A stretch of DNA of 64,000 bases, taken from Candidatus Latescibacterota bacterium. Lineage in GTDB: Bacteria; Latescibacterota; UBA2968; UBA8231. The stretch is from the NCBI GenBank assembly GCA_964291625.2, contig OZ220090.1, forward strand, positions 576,001-640,000, written 5' to 3'. This document shows positions 19,614 through 29,080 of this stretch, one piece after another (position 1 is the first letter of the stretch; the number at the start of each line of letters is the position of its first letter). Below the pieces are notes generated by a model. The model saw only the letters and a program-made list of their open reading frames with translations. It was not told the DNA's origin and made no database searches. A program made the translations under genes and the position numbers.

Positions 19614-20615
19614 TCAAGCCTTCGCGGGGCCGTCCCGCCCCTCCTTCTCCCTTGCCGCCTGCCTGTGCATCTGTCGGATGAGGCGCTTGTTGAACTCCTG
19701 GGCCGCGTGATAGCCGTCGATGCGGAGCAGGTAGTTGAAGGCGATCGTCTCGGCGATGACGGTGATGTTCTTTCCGGGGTAGATCGGAACGATGATCTCC
19801 GGAACCTCCACCCCGAGGATGGTGAAAGCGCGGTCCTCGATGCCCGTGCGCTCGTAGTCGAGGTCGTCCTCCCAGTCCACGAGGGTGAGGACGACCTCGA
19901 CTCGTTTCTGCCGGCGGGTTCCGCCGACGCCGAAGAGCCGCTTCACGTCCACGATGCCGATGCCCCGGATCTCGATGTGGTCCTGCAGCAGCCGCGGCGG
20001 ACGGCCCATGAGCAGCCCGTGCGACTGGCGGGTGATGATCACCGTGTCGTCGGCCACGAGCCGGTGACCGCGCTCGACGAGATCGAGACCGACCTCGCTC
20101 TTGCCGATGGCGCTGCGGCCCATCACCAGGAGCCCCACCCCGTGGACATCGACGAGGGTTCCGTGGAGGGTCACCTGGGGGGCGAAGTGATCGTCCAGGT
20201 AGAAGTGGAGGAGATGGATGAACTTGGTGGTGTCGTACTCCGAACGCAGCAGGGGGATCCCGTACTTGTCGGCGAGGCGGCGCAACTCGGGGAGGAGCCG
20301 GCCCCGGCCGGTGACGATCACGCAGGGCAGCTCGAACTGGTAGATGATTTCCAGGGCCTGGATCCGGCGGTCCGGAGGCAGGCTCCGGAGGTACTCCAGC
20401 TCGTGGTTGCCGAGGATCTGCACCAGGTCGAAGGTGAAGACCTCGACGAAGCCGGTGAGGGTCAGTCCGGGCCGATGGACGTCGCTGCTGTTGATGGAGC
20501 GGCCCATCCCCCGCTCCCCTGCCAACAGACGCAGACCGAGACGGCGGCCATACTCCTTGAGCAGGGTGTCGATCTTCATCCGCGCCTCGCCCTGGCTGCT
20601 CGCAGGGGTGCTCAT
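19614..20615 (-). CDS. hprK: HPr(Ser) kinase/phosphatase
   Basis: HRPGL, HGTLVDVHGVGLL, GRSAIGKSE, RGHRLVADD, EIRGIGI. Confidence 0.95.
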   Translation of the reverse strand: MSTPASSQGEARMKIDTLLKEYGRRLGLRLLAGERGMGRSINSSDVHRPGLTLTGFVEVFTFDLVQILGNHELEYLRSLPPDRRIQALEIIYQFELPCVIVTGRGRLLPELRRLADKYGIPLLRSEYDTTKFIHLLHFYLDDHFAPQVTLHGTLVDVHGVGLLVMGRSAIGKSEVGLDLVERGHRLVADDTVIITRQSHGLLMGRPPRLLQDHIEIRGIGIVDVKRLFGVGGTRRQKRVEVVLTLVDWEDDLDYERTGIEDRAFTILGVEVPEIIVPIYPGKNITVIAETIAFNYLLRIDGYHAAQEFNKRLIRQMHRQAAREKEGRDGPAKA

Positions 20616-21529
20616 TCGGCTGCCTCCCTGGCCACGGCGTCGCCGTGGGCCCGCCGGAAGCCGTCGTAGCGGCTGCCGGAGATCTGTCCTCGCTCCACCG
20701 CCTCGCGGATGGCGCATCCCGGCTCGTGGATGTGCGTACAGTCGCGGAACCGGCATCCGCCGGCCAGGGGCTTCATCTCGCGGTAGTACTCCACCAGGTC
20801 CGACGCTCCCACCCCCCACGGCTGGAGCTGCTTGAGGCCGGGCGTGTCGACCACGTAGCCGCCGCCGCGCAGCCGGTGCAGGGAGGCCGCCGTCGTGGTG
20901 TGGCGCCCCCGGTCGTGATGGCGCATCAACCCCTGCGTCTTCAGGCCGAGCCCCGGCTCGAGTCGGTTGAGGATCGCCGACTTGCCCACCCCGGAGGGGC
21001 CGACCAGGACCGAGACGCCGTCGCGGAAGGACTCGGCCAGGGACTCCATCCCGGCGCCGGTGGCGGCGCTGACCTCGACCACCCGGTAGTCGAGGTCGCG
21101 GTATAGGTCCACCAGGGGCCGGCGGCTGTCTCCGTCGTCGAGATCGGTCTTGTTGACGCAGATGACGATCTCCTCGATGCCACCGCTGGAGGCCATGACT
21201 AGGGCGCGGTCGATGAACCCCGGGCTCGGCGCCGGATCGAGGGCGGCGCAGACCACGAAGAAGCGGTCGAGGTTGGAGGCGATGACCTGCCGGGTCGGCC
21301 GCCCGCCGGTGGCCATCCGGGCGAGGTTCGACGTCCGCGGCAGGACCGACTCGATCACCCCGCGGCCGTCCTCGGTGCGGCTCACGCGAACCAGGTCTCC
21401 CGCCACCACCGGGGAGCGGTCCTCCCGGCGCCCGGCCTTCAGGATGCCCCTGAGCTGGCAGAGGATCTCCCCCCGGTCGAGACCGACGAGGACCTCCCAG
21501 CCGGAGACGCGCAGTGCCCGGCCGCGCAA
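20612..21529 (-). CDS. rsgA: Ribosome small subunit-dependent GTPase A
   Basis: Permuted GTPase: NKTD, GPSGVGKS, RGRHTT, DTPG; zinc finger CRFRDCTHIHEPGC. Confidence 0.94.
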   Translation of the reverse strand: MRGRALRVSGWEVLVGLDRGEILCQLRGILKAGRREDRSPVVAGDLVRVSRTEDGRGVIESVLPRTSNLARMATGGRPTRQVIASNLDRFFVVCAALDPAPSPGFIDRALVMASSGGIEEIVICVNKTDLDDGDSRRPLVDLYRDLDYRVVEVSAATGAGMESLAESFRDGVSVLVGPSGVGKSAILNRLEPGLGLKTQGLMRHHDRGRHTTTAASLHRLRGGGYVVDTPGLKQLQPWGVGASDLVEYYREMKPLAGGCRFRDCTHIHEPGCAIREAVERGQISGSRYDGFRRAHGDAVAREAAE

Positions 21530-21536
21530 CTCGCGG

Positions 21537-22265
21537 TCACTCGCCGCGGGCGAGGCGCTCTGCGGCGTAGGCTGGCCAGCCGAGGTCGTAGATCTTCTCC
21601 TGGGTACGGCGCAGGGGATACTCGGTGCGTCGAAGCTCGACGTGCTCGGCGTCGACGTCCCACAGGGCGAAGCTGGCGCGCGGGTCCCCGTCGCGGGGCT
21701 GTCCGACGCTGCCGGCGTTGACCAGGTACCGGTGGCGCCCGATGGCCAGTTCCGACGATGTGAGCGGGATGGGCCCGGACTCCATCTGGCAGAACAGGGC
21801 GGCGTGGTGCGTGTGTCCGACGAAGGCGATGCGCCACTCCAGCCGTTCGAGGCACCAGCGGACGTGCTCCAGCAGGTAGAGGGTCTGCCAGTCTTCGGGA
21901 CAGACGGGGTTGGCGTGGGCGAAGACCCCTTCCCCCTCGACGTGGCGGTAGGCGAAGCCCCGGATGTACCCGAGCTCTTCCTCGGCCACGAGGGCCCTCG
22001 ATTCCAGAAGGCTGTCCCGGGCCATGCTGTTGAGCTCGTGAACCCGCTGTCCGTCCACCAGGGCCTGGTCGTGGTTTCCGAGGACGCAGACCGCGCCCGC
22101 CTCCCGCAGCCGGTGGATACAGGCCACCGGGTCGGGACCGTAGCCCACCAGGTCGCCCAGCACGAGGAGCTGGTCGGCGCCTTCCTGGTCGACGGCGATG
22201 AGCACGGCCTCGAGGGCCTCGAGGTTTGCGTGGATGTCGGAGAGAACGGCCAGCCGCATGGTCAA
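21537..22265 (-). CDS. Calcineurin-like metallophosphoesterase
   Basis: SDIHAN, GDLVGYGP, GNHD, GHTH, NAGSVGQPRDGDPRAS. Confidence 0.92.
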   Translation of the reverse strand: MTMRLAVLSDIHANLEALEAVLIAVDQEGADQLLVLGDLVGYGPDPVACIHRLREAGAVCVLGNHDQALVDGQRVHELNSMARDSLLESRALVAEEELGYIRGFAYRHVEGEGVFAHANPVCPEDWQTLYLLEHVRWCLERLEWRIAFVGHTHHAALFCQMESGPIPLTSSELAIGRHRYLVNAGSVGQPRDGDPRASFALWDVDAEHVELRRTEYPLRRTQEKIYDLGWPAYAAERLARGE

Positions 22266-23203
22266 TGGAAGAGGGCGCTGATCGACGTCTCTTCGTGGAT
22301 GGCGCGGAGGGCGTCGGCGAAGTGCCGGGCCACGGAGACGACGGCGAGCTTGCTCGAGTCGGCCCGCCCCGGCTGCGGCACCGTGTCGGTGACGACGAGG
22401 GACTCGAGGGCGGATGCCTCGATCCGGCTCGCCGCGTCGGCTGCCAGGGTTCCGTGCACACAGCCCGCGTGGACCGACCGGGCCCCCCGGGCGAGGACGG
22501 CCTCGGCGCCGTCGAGGATGGAGTCCCCGGTGATGATCTCGTCGTCGAAGAGCAGCACGTCGCGGCCCTCAACGGCCCCGATGACGCCGTGCACCTGCCT
22601 CTGGCCCGCGGTCTCCCGGATGTCGATCACCACGAGGGGCAACCCGAGGTGGCGGGCGTACGCCTCGGTCACCTTGGCACGGCTGATGTCGGGGGCTGCG
22701 GCGACGCAGCGCGACAGGTCGAGGCGGTCGGCGAAATGCCCGCAGATCGACGGCACGCCGCTCAGCTGGTCGATGGGGATGCGGCAGAAGCCCATGGTCT
22801 GCGGACTGTGGAGGGTCATCGTCAGGATCCGGTCGGCGCCGGCCTCCACCAGCAGGTCGGCCATCAGGCGGGCAGCGACGGAGATGCGCGGCTCGTCCTT
22901 GCTGTCGGCCAGGGAGTACGGGTAGTAAGGCAGGACCGCGGTGACCCGCCCGGCGGAGGCGTACTTGAGGGCGTCGAGAGCGATGAGCAGCTCCATCAGG
23001 TGATCGCTGACGGGCGGGCAGGAGGTCTGGATCAGGAAGACGTCGCAGCCGCGCACGTTCTCGCAGATCTTGACCTTCACGTTCTCGTTGCTGAAGCAGA
23101 CGAACTCGATGCGCCCCGGCTCGATGCCGAGAGAGCGGCAGATCCCTGCGGCCAGGTCCGGGTTGCTGTTGCCCGCGAAGACCTTGAGTGTCCTGTCGCC
23201 CAT
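22262..23203 (-). CDS. prs: Ribose-phosphate pyrophosphokinase paralog B (divergent, possibly non-catalytic)
   Basis: PRS fold motifs (ENVRGCDVF, MELLIALDALKYASAGRVTAVLPY, LHSPQ), but YSLADSK and IDIRE replace YARQDRK and IDKRR. Confidence 0.8.
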   Translation of the reverse strand: MGDRTLKVFAGNSNPDLAAGICRSLGIEPGRIEFVCFSNENVKVKICENVRGCDVFLIQTSCPPVSDHLMELLIALDALKYASAGRVTAVLPYYPYSLADSKDEPRISVAARLMADLLVEAGADRILTMTLHSPQTMGFCRIPIDQLSGVPSICGHFADRLDLSRCVAAAPDISRAKVTEAYARHLGLPLVVIDIRETAGQRQVHGVIGAVEGRDVLLFDDEIITGDSILDGAEAVLARGARSVHAGCVHGTLAADAASRIEASALESLVVTDTVPQPGRADSSKLAVVSVARHFADALRAIHEETSISALFH

Positions 23204-23209
23204 CTCTCT

Positions 23210-23881
23210 TCAGGGCAGCAGGGCCAGCTCCTGGCGGGCCCGCTGAGCAATAGGGGTCCGCCCGTACTCGCGGACCACCCTCTCCAGGATCTCGCGCTGG
23301 CGGGAGGCATCGTCCAGGAGCCGGTAGCATCTGGCCCCGTCCATCAGGGCCATCGCCGAGGGCGGGTGGTCGGGATGGTCGTCGGCGTAGTCCACGAAGG
23401 CCCGGGCCGCGGCGGCGAGGTCGCCCTGGGCCTCGAGGCAGGCCGCCAGGCCCGTGCGGGCCGCGAAGACCAGCGGCGGCTGGTCGCCGTGCTCGTCGAG
23501 GTAACGCTGATACAGCCCCTGGGCGTCGACATAGCGGCCCAGGGTGAAGTAGCGATTGCCGAGGGTGATCATCCCCTGGGCGGCGGCCGGGGTCCCGGCG
23601 TACTCCTCGATCAGCTGGCGGGAGATCGCGACGACGCGGTCGATCTGTCCGGACTGCTCGGCCAGGTCGGCTTCGAAGATCATCGCCGACGCCTGGCTGC
23701 GGGCCTCCAGGCGCTGGCCCTTTACGAAGCTGGCGATGACGATGACGGCGACCACCGCCACCGCGCCGCCGATGAACAGTTGCGCCCGGCTCTTGACGTA
23801 CTCCCCCGCCTGGAGGACCCACTCGAGGAATCGGTCCTCCTCCAACTCCGCCTTGCTCGGCCGCCGGTTACGCTCCTCCAT
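23210..23881 (-). CDS. Membrane-anchored TPR protein (YfgM-like)
   Basis: Basic N-terminus (ELEEDRF), a single TM helix, then TPR-like helices with Y.GTP motifs. Confidence 0.75.
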   Translation of the reverse strand: MEERNRRPSKAELEEDRFLEWVLQAGEYVKSRAQLFIGGAVAVVAVIVIASFVKGQRLEARSQASAMIFEADLAEQSGQIDRVVAISRQLIEEYAGTPAAAQGMITLGNRYFTLGRYVDAQGLYQRYLDEHGDQPPLVFAARTGLAACLEAQGDLAAAARAFVDYADDHPDHPPSAMALMDGARCYRLLDDASRQREILERVVREYGRTPIAQRARQELALLP

Positions 23882-23914
23882 GGGGATCCTTTCCAGGACG
23901 CTGGGTGGTCGAAC

Positions 23915-24442
23915 TCAACCCTCTTCTCCAAACTGAACGGCGCTCTCGATCCGGTACGCCTCCAGTCCCTTCCGGCCTCCCAGGGGCTGGAGCTCGACGA
24001 GGAAGGAGAGACCCGCGACGCGGCCTCCGAGGGCCTCCACCAGCCGGCAGGCGGCGCGGGCGGTCCCTCCCGTGGCCAGTACGTCGTCGAGGACAAGGAC
24101 ACCGTCCCCGGCTCCCAGGGCGTCCTCGTGAACCTCGATCACGGCGCGGCCGTACTCAAGCTGGTACTCCTCCCGGATCGTCTCCCGGGGCAGCCGGCCC
24201 TCCTTGCGCATGGGCACGAAACCGACCCCGAGACGTGTGGCCACCGCCGGGCCGAGGAGGAAGCCGCGCGCCTCGATCCCGGCCACGAGGTCGACGCCGC
24301 TCTCGGCGAAGGGCGCCGCCAGAGCGTCGACGGCGGCCCTCAGCCCCCGGGCATCGCCCAACAGCGGGGTGATGTCCCGGAAGAGCACCCCCGCCTCGGG
24401 AAAGTCGGGCACGTCCCGGATGAGGGCCCGCAGTCGGCTCAC
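23915..24442 (-). CDS. apt: Adenine phosphoribosyltransferase
   Basis: IRDVPDFP..GVLFRDITPLL, GIEARGF, Y.LEYG, DDVLATGGT. Confidence 0.96.
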   Translation of the reverse strand: MSRLRALIRDVPDFPEAGVLFRDITPLLGDARGLRAAVDALAAPFAESGVDLVAGIEARGFLLGPAVATRLGVGFVPMRKEGRLPRETIREEYQLEYGRAVIEVHEDALGAGDGVLVLDDVLATGGTARAACRLVEALGGRVAGLSFLVELQPLGGRKGLEAYRIESAVQFGEEG

Positions 24443-24461
24443 CTCTCCCCCTCCCCTCTCG

Positions 24462-25406
24462 TCAGCCCAGGAGACGGCTCACCGACTCGCCGTGGTGAAT
24501 CGCCTTGATGGCGTCGCCGAAGAGGCGCGCCACGGAGATCGTCTCGATCCTGGACGAGCCCTCGCCGCAGGGCAGCGGAATCGTATTCGTCTTGACGAAG
24601 ACCTCCACCGGCGAGTCGTCGATCTTCGCCAGAGCGTCGCCCGAGAACACCCCGTGGGTGCATCCGGCCATGATGCGCTTGGCTCCACGTTCCTTCAGCA
24701 GGCGGACCGCCTCCATCATCGAGCCGCCGGTGAGGACCTCGTCGTCGAAGATCAGGGCATCCCGTCCGTCGATGTCGCCGATCACGGTCAGGATCTCTGC
24801 GGTCTCGTCGTCGGCGTGGCGGCGCTTGTCCATGATCGCCAGCGGCAGGTCGAGACGATGGGCGTAGAAGCTGGCCTCGGTGGCCGAGCCCACGTCGGGC
24901 GACACCACCACCGCCCGGCTCAGGTCCTTCGTCTGCATCAGGTGGTCGCAGATGAGGTTGGTCGCCCACAGCTGATCGACGGGGATGCGGGAGAAGGCGG
25001 CGATCTGGGGCGAGTGCAGAGTCATGGTGAGGATCCGGTTGGCGCCAGCCGTCTCGAGGAGATCGGCCACGAGGCGGGCGCTGATCGAGATCCGGGGCTC
25101 GTCCTTCTTGTCGGAACGCACGTAGGGGTAGTAGGGCAGGACGGCGGTGATCCGGCGCGCCGAGGCGTACTTCAAGGCGTCGATGAGCAGGAGCAGCTCG
25201 ATGAAGTGGTCGTTCACCGGGGAGCATGAGGTCTGGATGACGAAGACGTCGTCCTCGCGGACATTCTCCTCCACGCGCACCTTGATGGTGTCGTTCGGAG
25301 TCCTCTCGAAGCTCACGCGTCCCGGCGGACAGTCGAGATAGGAGCAGATCTCGGCAGCCAGCTCCGGGTTGCTCGACCCGGACATGATCTTCAGGTAGTT
25401 CTTCAT
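24462..25406 (-). CDS. prs: Ribose-phosphate pyrophosphokinase paralog A
   Basis: YPYVRSDKK, LHSPQ, VSPDVG, MDKRR, DDEVLTGGS, THGVFS. Confidence 0.9.
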   Translation of the reverse strand: MKNYLKIMSGSSNPELAAEICSYLDCPPGRVSFERTPNDTIKVRVEENVREDDVFVIQTSCSPVNDHFIELLLLIDALKYASARRITAVLPYYPYVRSDKKDEPRISISARLVADLLETAGANRILTMTLHSPQIAAFSRIPVDQLWATNLICDHLMQTKDLSRAVVVSPDVGSATEASFYAHRLDLPLAIMDKRRHADDETAEILTVIGDIDGRDALIFDDEVLTGGSMMEAVRLLKERGAKRIMAGCTHGVFSGDALAKIDDSPVEVFVKTNTIPLPCGEGSSRIETISVARLFGDAIKAIHHGESVSRLLG

Positions 25407-26443
25407 CCCAGGGAGCGCGCCACGTCCTTGGCGAAATAGGTGAGGATCAGGTCGGCGCCGGCCCGCTTGATGGCCACCAGCACCTCGTCGCGGATGCGGA
25501 TCTCGTCGACCCAGCCGCGCTCGGCGGCGGCCTTGATCATGGCGTACTCGCCGCTGACGTTATACGCCGCCAGTGGCGCGTCGAAGCGGTCGCGTGCGGC
25601 TCGCAGGACGTCGAGATAGGCGAGGGCGGGTTTGACCATGACCACGTCCGCCCCCTCCTCCAGATCGAGTGAGATCTCCCGCAGGGCCTCGCGCACGTTG
25701 GGCGGATCCATCTGGTAGCCGCGGCGGTCGCCGGAGCGCGGCGCCGAGCCGGCGGCCTCCCGGAAGGGGCCGTAGAAGCCGGAGGCGTACTTGGCGGCGT
25801 AGGCCATGATCGGTACCTCGGCGTGTCCGGCGCGGTCGAGGGCCCCGCGGATGGCGGCGACGCGGCCGTCCATCATGTCCGACGGAGCCACCACATCGAC
25901 GCCGGCGTCGGCGTAGACCACGGAGGCGCGCGCCAAAAGCTCAACGGTGCGGTCGTTGTCGACGCCCTCTTCGGTGAGCACGCCGCAGTGGCCGTGGTCG
26001 GTGTACTCGCAGAGACAGACATCGGCGATCACCAGCAGGTCGAGGCCGGCCTCGCCGATCGCCGCGGCGGCTCGGGGGATGATGCCCTCCGGGTCGTACC
26101 CGGGGCTGCCGGCTCCATCCTTGTGGTCGGGAACGCCGAAGAGGATGACCGCGGGGATGCCGGCGTCCGCGGCCTCCCGGCACTCCTCCACCAGCACGTC
26201 CGGGGACATGCGCGCCACCCCCGGCATGGCCTCGATCTCCTGGCGGACACCCCGGCCCGGGCAGGTGAAGAGCGGCAGGACCAGGTCCTCGCGGCGCACA
26301 TGGTGCTCGCGGACCATGCTGCGCACGAGGGCGCTGCCGCGCAGACGCCGGGGACGGCAGGCTCCCGGAGGCAGGCCGGCGGCCGGCTGTTCCGGGAGGG
26401 TTGCGAGAGGGTTGCCGATGTTGGCCACGAAGCCCGGTCTCAC
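25403..26443 (-). CDS. hemB: Porphobilinogen synthase (Zn-binding type)
   Basis: DVCLCEYTDHGHCG, APSDMMDGR, FYGPFREA, MVKPAL, AYNVSGEY; start uncertain. Confidence 0.95.
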   Translation of the reverse strand: MRPGFVANIGNPLATLPEQPAAGLPPGACRPRRLRGSALVRSMVREHHVRREDLVLPLFTCPGRGVRQEIEAMPGVARMSPDVLVEECREAADAGIPAVILFGVPDHKDGAGSPGYDPEGIIPRAAAAIGEAGLDLLVIADVCLCEYTDHGHCGVLTEEGVDNDRTVELLARASVVYADAGVDVVAPSDMMDGRVAAIRGALDRAGHAEVPIMAYAAKYASGFYGPFREAAGSAPRSGDRRGYQMDPPNVREALREISLDLEEGADVVMVKPALAYLDVLRAARDRFDAPLAAYNVSGEYAMIKAAAERGWVDEIRIRDEVLVAIKRAGADLILTYFAKDVARSLG

Positions 26444-27642
26444 ACCTTGTCCAGGGCCTGCTCGAGGTCGGCGATGAGGTCCCCCGCATCCTCGATGCCG
26501 ACGCTGTACCGGACGAGCTCGTCGGTGATGCCGATGGCCAGCCGGTCGGGACGGCTGAGGTCCGAGTAGGAGATCGTCGCCGGATGGCTGACCAGGCTCT
26601 CCACCCCCCCGAGGCTGGGGGCCAGGTACGGCAGCCGCAGCTGGTGGACGAAGCTCCGCGCGCGCTCCAGATCCCCCTCGATATCGAAGCTGACGACGCC
26701 TCCGAACCCCTTCATCTGGCGCATCGCCACGGCATGGTCGGGATGGCTGGCGAGGCCGGGATAGAACACCCTGCGGACCTTGGGATGCCCCTCGAGCCAG
26801 CGGGCGATCTCGAGGGCGGTCTGGTTCTGCCGCTCCATGCGAAGGGCCAGGGTCTTGAGGCCGCGGATCAGCAGGTAGGCGGTGTTGGGGTCGGAGTTGG
26901 TGCCGATGACGTCGCGGAACTCCTTGATGGCCTGCACCATCGGCCCCCTGCCGCAGACGCTGCCGGCCATCAGGTCGTTGTGGCCGCCCAGGTACTTGGT
27001 GGCGCTGTGGAAGACGAGATCGGCGCCGGCCTCGATGGGGCGCTGGTTCACCGGCGTGGCGAAGGTGCTGTCGATGAGCAGGCGCAGCCGGTGCTGCCTG
27101 GCGAAGGGCACGAGCCGGTCGAGATCAGCCACGTGCAGGTGCGGGTTCGTCGGCGATTCGGCGAAGAGCACGCGGGTCTCGTGGCGGACCGCCCCTTCGA
27201 GGGCCTCGAAGTCGCCCGGGGAGACGCCGGTGCAGGCGATGCCGAACTTGCCGAGGACGTCGCAGAGCTGCACGGTCCGGCGGTAGCAGTCCTCCATGAT
27301 CACCAGGTGCTGGCCGCTGCGCATCATGGCCAGCAGGACCGTGGTGATGGCACTCATGCCGGAGGAGAAGAGCAGGGCGTCGTCGGCCCCGTCGAGGGCG
27401 GCGAGCTTGACCTCGGCGGCGCGGACCGTGGGATTGCCGTAGCGGCCGTACTCGAAGTGGCTGCGCTTGCCCTGCTTGTACTCCTCGAACTCGTCGAGGC
27501 TGTCGAATACGTAGGTCGCCGTCTGGGCGATCGGCGTGGTCACCGACTTGGCGTGCTTGCGGCGCTCCTCGCCGCCGTGGACCGCCCAGGTGGAAGGGCC
27601 GCCCGCGGCGGCGGTTGAGGAATCTTCTTCGCTCATCGGCAT
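26440..27642 (-). CDS. metB: Cys/Met metabolism PLP enzyme, probable cystathionine gamma-synthase (plant-like)
   Basis: YGRYGNPT, FSSGMSAI, ESPTNP, DSTFATP, HSATKYLGGHND, SLGGVESL; adjacent to thrC. Confidence 0.75.
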   Translation of the reverse strand: MPMSEEDSSTAAAGGPSTWAVHGGEERRKHAKSVTTPIAQTATYVFDSLDEFEEYKQGKRSHFEYGRYGNPTVRAAEVKLAALDGADDALLFSSGMSAITTVLLAMMRSGQHLVIMEDCYRRTVQLCDVLGKFGIACTGVSPGDFEALEGAVRHETRVLFAESPTNPHLHVADLDRLVPFARQHRLRLLIDSTFATPVNQRPIEAGADLVFHSATKYLGGHNDLMAGSVCGRGPMVQAIKEFRDVIGTNSDPNTAYLLIRGLKTLALRMERQNQTALEIARWLEGHPKVRRVFYPGLASHPDHAVAMRQMKGFGGVVSFDIEGDLERARSFVHQLRLPYLAPSLGGVESLVSHPATISYSDLSRPDRLAIGITDELVRYSVGIEDAGDLIADLEQALDKV

Positions 27643-27644
27643 GT

Positions 27645-28982
27645 TCAGGCGTAGACGCTGTCCACGGTTTCGAGAACGGCCCGCCGCACCTGCTCGAGGT
27701 CGGCGTCGACTTCCACGGGCCGGTTGGCATGGCTCGGGGTGACCTCGAACCCGCCGAGACGGTCCTCGTGGTAACCCACCTTGAATTCCGGAAACTTCAG
27801 CCCCAGGGCGGTGGAGATCACCACGACGCGGCTGTCCGGCCGGATGGTCCCGTGGGCGATGAGCTTCTCCAGCGCCGCCAGGGCCACCCCGGTGTGGGGA
27901 CAGGTGAACAGGCCGCTGCGGTCGGCGCGGGCGCAGGCGTCGGCCAACTCGGCCTCGGTGGCTTCCTCCACGACGCCGTCGAGACGGCGCATGACCCGGA
28001 TCGCCCGCTCCCAGCTGACCGGGTCGCCGATGCGGATGGCGGAGGCCAGGGTGTCGGAGGCCTCGACCGGTTCGAAGGACTCGAAGCCCGTCCGATAGCT
28101 GCGGTAGAGGGGATCGGCGTTCCGGGCCTGGGCCACCGCCAGCCGGGGCAACCGGTCGACCATGCCCATCTGGCGCATCTCCAGAAACCCCTTCCCGAGG
28201 GCGCTCACGTTCCCCAGGTTGCCCCCCGGGATCACGATCCAGTCCGGGACGACCCAGTCGAACTGTTGCAGCAGCTCGATGCCGACCGTCTTCTGCCCCT
28301 CGATCCTCAGGGAATTCATCGAGTTGGCCAGATAGACGTTCTCGCTCTTCACGAGACCGCGAACCAGGCGCATGCAGCCGTCGAAGTCGGTTCGGATCGA
28401 CAACGTCAGGGCGCCGTTGGCGATGGGCTGGATCAGCTGCGACACGGAGATCTTGTCCTTGGGCAGCAGGACGATCACGGGGATCCCGGCCGCCGCCCCG
28501 TAGGCGGCGAGGGAGGCCGACGTGTCCCCCGTGGAGGCGCAGGCGATGGCCGGGATCGCCTGTCCGTCGGCCCGCATCTGCTTGACCATGGAGACGAGCA
28601 CCGTCATGCCGAGGTCCTTGAAGGAACCCGTGTGGCTGTGGCCGCACTGCTTGATCCACAACTCCCCGACGCCCATCTCGTCGCCGAGGCGATCCGCCCA
28701 GAACAGGTTGCTGCCGCCCTCGTAGATGGAGACCACGTTGCCGTCATCCACGGCGGGGCAGACCATCTCCTTCTTGCCCCACACGCCGCTGCCGTAGGGC
28801 CAGACCGTCCCCATGTAGCGCTGATCGAAGAGACGCCGCCACTCGGTCCCCGGCCGCCGGCCCAGGGCCTCCATGTCATGGACGACCTCGAAGAGCCCGC
28901 CGCACCCGCACTCGTAGACCACCTGGTCGAGATCGTGGCGGCTGCCGCAGCGGATGCACTCGAACCAGGCCTGGTATTCCAT
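27645..28982 (-). CDS. thrC: Threonine synthase (long, plant-like type)
   Basis: SHTGSFKDLGMT, CASTGDTSASL, NSMNSLRIEGQKT, PGGNLGN, CPHTGVAL. Confidence 0.93.
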   Translation of the reverse strand: MEYQAWFECIRCGSRHDLDQVVYECGCGGLFEVVHDMEALGRRPGTEWRRLFDQRYMGTVWPYGSGVWGKKEMVCPAVDDGNVVSIYEGGSNLFWADRLGDEMGVGELWIKQCGHSHTGSFKDLGMTVLVSMVKQMRADGQAIPAIACASTGDTSASLAAYGAAAGIPVIVLLPKDKISVSQLIQPIANGALTLSIRTDFDGCMRLVRGLVKSENVYLANSMNSLRIEGQKTVGIELLQQFDWVVPDWIVIPGGNLGNVSALGKGFLEMRQMGMVDRLPRLAVAQARNADPLYRSYRTGFESFEPVEASDTLASAIRIGDPVSWERAIRVMRRLDGVVEEATEAELADACARADRSGLFTCPHTGVALAALEKLIAHGTIRPDSRVVVISTALGLKFPEFKVGYHEDRLGGFEVTPSHANRPVEVDADLEQVRRAVLETVDSVYA

Positions 28983-29034
28983 CGATCACCGAGCGGTTGG
29001 AGCGGTTGCGGGAGAAGGGGTTATACGGCGGGAG

Positions 29035-29063
29035 AATCTACCCCGGGGGCCGTACATCGGCAA
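29035..29063 (-). promoter_or_regulatory. Putative sigma70 promoter of thrC operon
   Basis: Minus strand TTGCCG (29063-29058)-N17-TAGATT (29040-29035). Confidence 0.55.
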
Positions 29064-29080
29064 GGAAACGGGACGCCGGA

